The position numbers and the translations under genes were made by a program. This document shows positions 52,081-61,400 of a DNA stretch of 64,000 nt, in pieces (position 1 is the first letter of the stretch; each line of letters begins with the position of its first letter). The notes under the pieces were generated by a model, which worked only from the letters and a program-made list of their open reading frames with translations, was not told the DNA's origin and searched no databases. The stretch comes from Amoebidium appalachense (Eukaryota; Protista; Ichthyosporea), in assembly GCA_963693365.1 (NCBI GenBank), contig CAVNZM010000001.1, positions 2,000,907 through 2,064,906 of the forward strand, written 5' to 3'.

Positions 52081-52153
52081 GATCTCGTAGCTCAGATGGT
52101 AGAGCACTCGACCGGAGATAGAGGGGTCGCGGGTTCAAATCCCGTCGGGATCA
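52081..52153 (+). tRNA. tRNA-like gene in TRIM 5' LTR (anticodon loop CCGGAGA)
   Basis: 73-nt cloverleaf with A box TAGCTCAGATGG, B box GGTTCAAATCC and a T5 tract at 52156-52160. Confidence 0.8.
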
Positions 52154-52450
52154 TCTTTTTCTCATCCTCTTCTCGCTGGGGTAAAAGCCAGCACGCCTTT
52201 ACTGGCGTCATCACAACCATCGGCAGTGGTTAGGTTGTGATCTCAAGGCTAGCAAGATCGCTAGTCTCTGCACCAGGACAAAATCCAAAATGGTAGCATG
52301 AACAGGGGTTCAGTGGGGACTGAGGGGGCAGTCCACCCTAACCTGATTCTGCGATTCGTCCTGAGTGGGGATGTTGGAAGATGGTATCGTTATCCAGTCC
52401 GATCGCATGAATCAGATCATGATCGGCTGGTGGCCTGCGAGATCTTAACC

Positions 52451-52523
52451 GATCTCGTAGCTCAGTTGGTAGAGCACTCGACCGGAGATAGAGGGGTCGC
52501 GGGTTCAAATCCCGTCGGGATCA
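52451..52523 (+). tRNA. tRNA-like gene in TRIM 3' LTR
   Basis: Same cloverleaf as 52081-52153; A box TAGCTCAGTTGG. Confidence 0.8.
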
Positions 52524-54229
52524 TCTTTTTCTCATCCTCTTCTCGCTGGGGTAAAAGCCAGCACGCCTTTACTGGCGTCATCACAACCATCGGCAGTGGT
52601 TAGGTTGTGATCTCAAGGCTAGCAAGATCGCTAGTCTCTGCACCAGGACAAAATCCAAAATTCTTCGTGACTGTGTTCTTATGCCTTGCCGTGATCTATT
52701 GCGAGTGTTGGATCTATTGTTGTTTTTGTACGTGTCTAAGGGAGCAGAGTGCACAGAGGTGTCATGTAAAACACGACTAACACATTAATGAGAGGGCAAT
52801 CGGAGTTGTTCACGAGACATTGAAAGATTCAAACAACAACTGATTCTTTATTGTGCTCTCGGTTCCTTTTGTACTTGCGACTTATCAGCTTATCACAACT
52901 AAAGAGGGAGAACCAATCGGTTCTATCAGAAGACAGAAAAACACATTCCGACAGAGCATACGCATTCCAACTTCCGATTAAACTAAAGTTTAGAAACTCT
53001 TACTTAAATAAATTAAGTAATTATACATCTAGTCACTATTAACTCACATATATATTTATGTTCGTCTCTATAAAGAAACCTATTTAAATACATATATTTC
53101 CTAATAGTCGACACTCTCAAAGTGAAGACACTTTGCAATAAACCGAATTCCATATATATCTATTGTCCAATCACAACACACATATATTAACAGACAGGAA
53201 TGCACAACACAATCTACAGATGTACTCGCTCGCGACTATGTAAACAGTTGGACTAGTTAGGATAAGGCAGAGTACAACTGAATCAAAATAAAGACAGAGA
53301 ACGGGTAGAAAGGCACATGCGGCCAGGTTGCTTTTACTATGGGCCGACTCAGTCTGTCTCAGACTTCACTGATGTGATCCCCGTACTGGGACGGCTTTCT
53401 TATATAGCCCCCAGGTTTCGGATCAAGGCCCAGGATTGGTTCATCCGCGGCCAGCGCGGGTGGCAACATGCCATTCGTGATTCTGGTGCGGTCCGAGCCA
53501 GTCAGACCTTTGTCCTATTTATGCAAACCTCTTATTGGTTCACTTCGTTTATGTGGTATGCAGCTGAAGAACCATATATGGTTCAATTCTTAGATCAGAG
53601 TGAGTCCTATTGGTGCGGACATAATATTTATGTGATATTCATGACAAAGCACGAATCGTGTGCTAGTAGATCACATTCTTTAGTAAACATGTACAGTTCA
53701 TGTGTACAGTTGTTTACACTCCCCCCCTTGTCGGGAGCCTGGTGGTGTCGTTAGACAAGCAAACCACCAGGCTGAGAGGCGATAAACAACCTTCAGCGAG
53801 AATTCTTGTGCGCCGAGCTGCTGGGCAGAACAGAGCAAGGACGGTTGAATAGAGTTGTGCACGTCTATGAGCACTTCTTCATTTGCCAAAACGTAAATTC
53901 ATGCAGCATTCTTCTGTGATTTCATTTTCGTGGCGAAGATTGTTGCAGAGTGTGCGTGCGAATAATTCGCTAAGCCTTCGTCTCTGTGCTTGGCTTTTCT
54001 GTAGAAGTAGTATTTTCCTTTTTGGGAATTTTTCCTTTTTAGGATACTCCCGCAGATTCGTTTTCAATTGCGAGTAATTTGGTTGTGTGGATGAATGATC
54101 ATACCAAACATTCGATAATGAATATAACTCGAGCCTTAGGTCACTTCGTAGCTCAGGTAGTGGTGGATAGCTTCAAGGCTTAGCCACTGCTCCTTATCCC
54201 GGTTCTACCATAAGACTGTAAGGCGAGTC

Positions 54230-54420
54230 ACCATGGCCGGAAAAGCCGCTTCTTTCATGAACAAATAGCACTTCTTTCCTTTCAGCTTTAACTCTGCATC
54301 ATCGGAGCTGGGAAAAACATGAATAAAAATGCCCAAGTGTTCTTCGTTGGGCGACATAAAGAAATATATCACCCGTCAGAACCAGTAAAAGCCCGGTTCA
54401 TAATTCATAAGAAGAGGGTA
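54230..54420 (-). pseudogene. Highly decayed Ty3/gypsy RT remnant
   Basis: Manual translation gives IMNRAFTG...NEEHLGIFIHVFPSSDDAELKLKGKKCYLFMKEAAF, resembling the gypsy EEHL..V...L..AGLKL...KC.F....FLGH segment. Confidence 0.65.
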
Positions 54421-56207
54421 GGCAGAGCAAGCCTCCTTCAGAAAACACATGCTTCCATTCGTGAGCAGTTTTCGTATCCCATTTGCCAGCCATTTTCGTT
54501 GAGCAGGGGGATTCCAGGCATAATACATTCTTCTGGAGGCTTGGCCTAAAAAGAAAAGTCGTCGGAGTCGCCCTTTCTTTTGTAAGCAACTTCGTGAGCG
54601 CGCTTCGTGTTTTCATATCCTCCAGTGCAGGTCTGGATGGTGCCCCATCCTCTGCTTCATTTGTAGGTGGCCCTACTGTAGGTTCTGTTCGTTGTGTGGA
54701 ATACCAAAACCATTCGTATTCGTGGAACTGCTTTGTGCTGTGCTTTCTTTCGTGTTGGTGTTCATGAAGTTACCCCGTTCACACACCCTACTTCTTACAT
54801 ACATTAGATGTAAGTAGCTGCCTGGTGAGTGTGTGGTTCGTGTTCGTGGCATTCTTCTGTTCCTTCGTGAGAAGAATATTCGTTTTAGCAGAGGTGCCCA
54901 ATAAGGCAGCTTGTGGGGTTGTCTCCCCGCATGTGCCCATTGGTGGGGTATGCACGTGCTAAATTGTTACAGTGTCATCATATTGCAAGGGAATAACATG
55001 GTCATCTCCGTACCAAAGCCTAAATACACATGATGGTCCGATGTGTTAGTCAACAACACCTTGCATTCGTATTCGTATTCGTCTTCCACGTCACTTTCTT
55101 CAGTAGTGAAGGAGGGTATTCGTAATTCGAAACTGAAAGGCTTCCAGCCAAAATACTGACACTGTATGCTGGGGTTGTGAGGGAACGGTGCCCATACCAC
55201 ATTCTTTTGTTCTGGTGGGGGTGTGCCGGCAGCTAGTGCAAGGCTTGACAGTGTAATTCGTATGTTACAGTATTGCCACAGACTGGCAAGTACCATTAAA
55301 TTCGTACCCCACACCTTCGTTTGTCTTTCACATGCACGAACAAAAGTTCTGCATCGACTTTATTAACAACATGCCTTCTGTGCACCAAGAGTGCAAATTC
55401 GTTTGGGCATGGCACCAGGAAGGGCCATACATGAGGCATATGTTCGTAATGTGTTTAGGCATGCCAGCATACATTCATGCGCATGTTGTGCATCCTGTGC
55501 GCTAAACTATGGGGCATGCTGTATTCGACAACAGCAAGGGATTCGAAGCATGCATGCAACACTACTTTCATAAGATCTTAGGTCCTACATGCTATAGCAA
55601 CAGCGACTATCTTCTTCGTTAAGTGCATTTGTGCTGAAAGTGGCCGTGCATCTGGCTTGCGAGTGTGGACGTGCATGCGGTGGCATGGACACGATGGCAG
55701 TGTGCAATAGGGCAATGCACGCAAGGGCAACGGTTTTATTTTCTTCCTAACATAGAGGGGGCTGTGTGCATTGCAACCCAAGCAGTGTTGTGCATTCGTC
55801 CTTTCATTTTCGTATTTCCAGTTCATTTTGCTTTCGTTTTTCGTTTTTTGTCGTTTGATAACTTCGTTACTTCGTTTTGTTTTCGTGTTGCATTCATTTC
55901 GTATTTCCTCTATGCAATCGTTTGTCGTTAATTCTTTATTTCATTGCGTATTCGTGATGGTTCGTTTTTCGTTGGTTCATTGCTTCGTTAGCAATTCTTT
56001 ATTCGTTTGTTCGTGTATTCGTTGTTTCGTTGTGTATTCGTTTTTCTTCACATTTTTGATGTGTCGTAGCAAAAGAAGTTTTACATGCTTTCAATTCTTT
56101 CCGTGTAGGTGGGCTGGCCACTTCAAACTTGTAGGTGTATATATTCTAAGCCGGACAAGGAAAGATGTGCCTATCATCGGGGTAAAAAGGATTGTGATCG
56201 GCCATGG

Positions 56208-56292
56208 GAGATTCTTGAGCTGATTGAAAGATGTGAGATTCTTGAACTGATTGAAAGATGTGAGATTCGAAGGATTCGAGATTCTTGAACTG
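56208..56292. repeat. 27-bp tandem repeat next to the element D PBS
   Basis: GAGATTCTTGARCTGATTGAAAGATGT twice, plus partial copies. Confidence 0.85.
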
Positions 56293-57045
56293 CGTGGTCG
56301 CCAATGTAAACAGTTGGACTAGTTAGGATAAGGCAGAGTACAACTGAATCAAAATAAAGACAGAGAACGGGTAGAAAGGCACACGCGGCCAGGTTGCTTT
56401 TACTATGGGCCGACTCAGTCTGTCTCAGACTTCACTGATGTGATCCCCGTACTGGGACGGCTTTCTTATATAGCCCCCAGGTTTCGGATCAAGGCCCAGG
56501 ATTGGTTCATCCGCGGCCAGCGCGGGTGGCAACATGCCATTCGTGATTCTGGTGCGGTCCGAGCCAGTCAGACCTTTGTCCTATTTATGCAAACCTCTTA
56601 TTGGTTCACTTCGTTTATGTGGTATGCAGCTGAAGAACCATATATGGTTCAATTCTTAGGTCAGAGTGAGTCCTATTGGTGCGGACATAATATTTATGTG
56701 ATATTCATGACAAAGCACGAATCGTGTGCTAGTAGATCACATTCTTTAGTAAACATGTACAGTTCATGTGTACAGTTGTTTACAGACTATTGGCGAGCCA
56801 TCCTTTTTGAGAACAAAACTAGGCCATTTTGAAATAAAGGAAAGACAACGAGTGAGGCTAGCCAATCACGCTACCTCTCAGATAAACAGAGGAGAGCAAA
56901 CAGAAATAAAATACAATAAGTTCTTATCAGGCAAGAGAGCCAGGTGTGCACAGATCTACAGATATCTGTGCCCACAGAAACAAGGGAGAGAGAGATACGG
57001 GGGGGGGGGGGGGGGGGGGGAGAGAGAGAGAGAGGGAGAGAGAGA

Positions 57046-57076
<31 letters not shown>

Positions 57077-58453
57077 CACAAAGAAGGAAAGCAGACACGA
57101 ATACAAACAAGCTAGGACACATACATACTTCAAGGCTCTTGCTGTCATACATGGTGAGGTATTCCAACATCCCGACTCAAGGGGTTGAAGTTTGTGTTCT
57201 CGTGTCTGTTGATGTGACGGTAGATGAGGTCCAAACACAGGAGGGGCCGTCACACTCAAGTTTCCCCACTCGAGGATGCAAACCGAAGATCCTTGAGGTG
57301 GGAAGGAGAGAATCAAAACTGAAGAGGCACACAACGACGGTTGCCTCTGAAGACTCGAAATAAGATATCATGGTGGTTATCGGCGATATATATATATATA
57401 TAGGAAACACTAGTGTATGTGTGACGTGTTGGTGGCTAATGGTTTATACTGGGGACCACCCATTTATGTTGTAATACGTAGTATTTACATATGGTAAGAT
57501 CTTCTCAGTTTGTGTTATGTTTCAGTTCATATGCTTAGTGTAAATGCCACACTCCTATTATGTAAAGTGTAGCATCGATCTCCGATATGCTTGTATACTT
57601 GTAATCGTGTTGTATCGGCTTTAATCGTGTATTGTAATATCGATTAGAATATTTATATGTGTGTACACGGATCCACCCACTCAGGGAGAGACGTGTACAT
57701 GTTCGTGTGTACATAAATATCTCTGGTTATAGTTATGCTATTACTATCTTGTTTGTTGATCTGTGCTCTCTTTTCCTTCCTCTTTCTCCTTCCTTATTTT
57801 CTTTTCTTTCTCTCCTTGTCTTCATGTGTATAATCGTATTTCTTTTCTACTAATATATGTTAGGTAGATTTGTGTTACTTAATACGTGTTCATTGGACGG
57901 TAACACACTTAGGCTACACTTAGAATAGCATGTGTGTTTAGACTTCATTAATTCACTTTAGTTTTCATGTGTTGCCGGGCTTTAACCAATCATCAAGGTT
58001 AAGTGTGATATGTCTGAGTCTTTGCAGTATGTCATAGGTTAGAACTTCCTTGATGATGACACGAGTTGATCCTAACTAGTGTCTGTGTCCTATCGTGTAC
58101 GCCTCCGCGTACCGGATCTCTCTGAAAGCAATTGGTTCTTAGTGATTGGTTTCTATTAGAGATGGATCTGATTTCCGACTGGTCGGAAATCATGTATGGA
58201 TTGGACTTAGAGGAATTTCAGGTATTTATTCGAAGATCAGAATAAATTCAGTTCAGTCGTGTCTAAACATTGATGTCTGTTGTGTACACTGCTCCGATCG
58301 TTCCGTGTTTTGTTGTTGTGTGTGTCTGTGGTGTTTTCACACTGCACCACTGTGTCTCTGCTTACATCCCAAATACTTATAGAAATTAACAGGTTATGCA
58401 GCCCTTTTGTACGCTCCCTACACACATCTAGAACTCGCGCTCGTTTTTCAATC

Positions 58454-61400
58454 ATGGATCCAAACAAAACTGGCGTAAACAAAATCACCATGTGGAAAGG
58501 TGAAGGGAAGACTGGTCCCGATAGCAAAACTACCTATTTTCAATGGGAAATCATTTTTCTCGGCATGATGACCGGCACTAAAGGTGTCCGACTCGTGGAT
58601 GTTGTCCTTGCTGACAACTACGTCCCCCCTACCACCGTCGCGGTTGACGGTGAACCCCCCTTCTATGGCTACGGCACTACCGCGGAACTCAAAGAGGCCC
58701 GCAATTGCCTCCTGCTCCATATGATACAGAACATCGACCCTTCCGTCCTCACCACCGTTGCCCAGTACCGTATTGGCATGGACCCTGAACGGGCCATGTG
58801 GAAATTCCGTCAACACTATCTCCAAGGCAAACCCGATCAGATCCGCATCCTTCACCGTCAGTGGGATGCCTGTGCCCTTCAGCCCGGTGAATCATTCACC
58901 ACCTACCTGAGCCGTCTGCAGACCATCGTGAACCAGCTCCAGTCTCTCCAAGATGAGTCCATTCACTTCACTCGTCTAGCTGAGAAGTTCTTCAATGAAC
59001 TCACCACCAGAGACGACCTCACCCCTGAGTTCAATCGTCTTATCGAAGACTATCACTTCGGTGATAAGCTATTCCCCGACTTCGAGTCCCTCCATAACCA
59101 CGTCAAGGGCATCGAGTTACGTCAAGACCTCAAGATGCAACTCCGGAACAACCGTGCCCACCGTGCCTCCAAGTCCAGCATGGCATTAAATGCCAGTGCT
59201 CCCCCCCGTGATCTTCCTCGCCGTGACTTACGCACCCGACTTGACCGTACCTCTGGCACGGACCTCCGAACTCGTCTCTCCCGTCAGCACACCCGATCCC
59301 GTTCCCCCCACCGGCCTGCCTTCCGGTCCACGTCTCGTTCCCCCAGTCGTTCCCGTTTCTCGGGTTCCCGTCGTTCTGATTCCCCGGCTCGTTCTAACAC
59401 CCCGTCCGTGAAAGAATGCTCCTACTGCCACGAGCCTGATCACACGATCATCGATTGCCCTGAGCCGAAATGCCGTATGTCCAGACACAACCGTTCCCGT
59501 CAAGGCAGTGAGAAATCTGTCTCCTTTGCTTTCTCGGCATACAATGCTAGCTCCGTCCCCGTGTCCTCCGACCCTGCCTGGGATTCCGGGTGCAACATGA
59601 CTGTTTGCCCCACCCGTGAGTTCTTCCATGACCTCACTCCCCTTCCGACACCGACTCCCGTTGCTGCCTTCAATGGCACCCCCGTCTTGGCCACTCACAC
59701 CGGCCATATCGTCATCAACACCACCACCGACCATGGCACTACCACCCTAACCATTGAAGCCTACTACACCCCGTCTGGCCAAGCCTTCCTCATTTCAACA
59801 TCCCAAGCTGCTGCCGAATACATCAAGGGTGATTTGAACGATGCCTCCACTCCGTCATTCCTCTTCGACCGACTCACCGGCCGTCATCTCGTCAACCTCC
59901 GTCTACACAACGGTCTGTATTACTTCAAGGACTACACCATTCAACCACCCACTCGTCCTGTGGCTCTGGCTGCCACTACCAGTGTTAACCCATCCATCTG
60001 GCACCATCGTCTGGGGCACCGAGCTATGACCAGCATCAAGGACATGGTGAAACACGACCTTGTTATTGGTCTCCCCTCCTCTGTCCTCGACTGTGATGTT
60101 CCTGATTGTCATGGCTGCATTATGGGTAAGACCACCAAGGCTCCGTTCAGGGGTGACCGTCCTCACTCCAACATCCCCGGTCATGAATGGCATTGGGATT
60201 TTTTTGAGCCTACCACAACATCGTACGGAGGTTCCAAGGTTGCTCTCGTCACTGTCTGCCGTGCCTCTGGCCTCGTCAAGATCTACCCGATGGCCGACCG
60301 TACCACCACCCTGGATATTCTCACAGCTCACACCAACCTCGTTGCCACCCATGCCCCCTCCAAAGTTGGTGTTTACCACTTCGACTCCGGCTCTGAGTTC
60401 ACCTCCAAGGATACCCGTGCTTTTTGCCTCTCCCAGGGCATCAAGGCCAGCTATGCTCCGGTGGACTGCCCTCAACTGAACGGCTATGTTGAACGACGTA
60501 TGCGGTTCCTCCAAGAGATTGTCCGTTGCCTCCTCCATCAAGTCCAAGATCAGTCTCTGTCTCCCAAACTGTGGGCTGAGGCCCTCCAACATGCCGCCTA
60601 CATCATCAACGTCACCCCGTCCACGACTGCCAATGGTCGTACACCATTCGAGGTTTTCTACGGTGTCAAGCCCGACATCTCCGAGCTCAAAGTGTTCGGT
60701 TGCCCTGCCTACACTCACGTGCCAGCCTCTAAACGGAACAAGCTGGCCCCCACCGTCAAACTCGGCATGTATATCGGCTATGATCTTCAATCACACTGCC
60801 ACCGGATCTTCAATGCCACCACCCATCGTGTCGGCCTCTTCCGTGATGTGATTTTCGACGAATCAGCTTATCTCCCGTCCGACATTCCATCAACCCTTCC
60901 GACCCCCGACACCACTGCTACCTCGACCACCCCACCCCCCACAGTTGACACTGAAGATGATGTTTGTCTGGTGTACTCTGGCCCCCCTCCTGCCATCGTC
61001 GTTCCCCCGACACCCCCCCCCCCCACCGGCCCCCCTGCCCCCGTGCCCGTCCAGCCTGCCGACCCTCATCCTGGCCCTGGCAACGTCACACCCATCCGAC
61101 CCGGCTCCCCCGACAACTTCCACTCGGCCCCGTCCAGCCCGGAGGTTGCCCCCCCTGCACTTCCGAACTTCCAAGTTCCCCCCCCACCGTCTCCACCTAC
61201 CCCGGTTCCTGCACCCCGTCGTTCTGCCCGTCTCCAGGGCAAGGTTGGACTTCAAGCCACCACCACCCTGCCAGTCCCCCCCGGTCCCCCCATCAACATC
61301 GACCAACTACCCAAACTTGTCCGTCAACTCTGTTCCGGACCCAATGGTGATCAGGTCAAGTCAGCCCTGACTGCTGAGTATCAAGCCTTCGTCGACAAAG

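Larger units (their letters stand above)
52002..52660 (+). mobile_element. TRIM with a tRNA-like gene in each LTR (copy 2, 659 bp)
   Basis: 289-bp LTRs at 52002-52290 and 52372-52660 (two differences seen). 81-bp interior with PBS TGGTAGC and PPT GAGTGGGGA. Perfect TSD TTCTT. Confidence 0.95.
51399..52717 (+). repeat. 3' LTR of the diverged Copia-A subfamily (A3), interrupted by the TRIM and truncated by a Copia-C LTR
   Basis: PPT AAGTGGGGA then TGTTGAAGTACGTAG..., collinear with A1/A2 U3 at lower identity. Confidence 0.82.
53239..56784 (-). mobile_element. Non-autonomous gypsy-derived LTR element (element D); 480-bp LTRs at 53239-53718 and 56305-56784
   Basis: TGTAAACA...TGTTTACA termini and TSD GACTA. 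Minus-strand PBS TGGCGACCACG (fits a tRNA-Arg 3' end) and PPT AAGGGGGGGAG. No long ORF. Confidence 0.93.
52718..57466 (-). mobile_element. Copia-C 3' end: 3' UTR (57170-57466) and 3' LTR (52718-53238 plus 56790-57169), split by element D
   Basis: On the minus strand, PPT-like TTGAGTCGGGA precedes TGTTGGAATACC and the LTR ends CAAAAACAACA. The UTR resembles the Copia-B 3' UTR. Confidence 0.85.

Noticed and set aside
53317-53754. 145-aa ORF duplicated at 56440
   Set aside because: It lies within the element D LTRs, is antisense to the element, has no motifs, and its ATG is absent from the second copy.
58280-58453. N-terminal extension making a 1527-aa polyprotein (similarly 10280-10429)
   Set aside because: It starts at a GTG within the LTR. 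The shared ATG context TCAATCATG at 58454 and 10430 is the likely start.
59903-60790. Long antisense ORFs (295, 190, 185 aa) recurring in Copia-A copies
   Set aside because: Shadows of C-ending codon bias on the pol strand. They recur only because the copies are near-identical, and show no motifs.
61218-61235. RRSARL as a chromatin-targeting motif
   Set aside because: RRSxR is common in copia integrase-RT linkers, and nothing in this sequence supports a special role.
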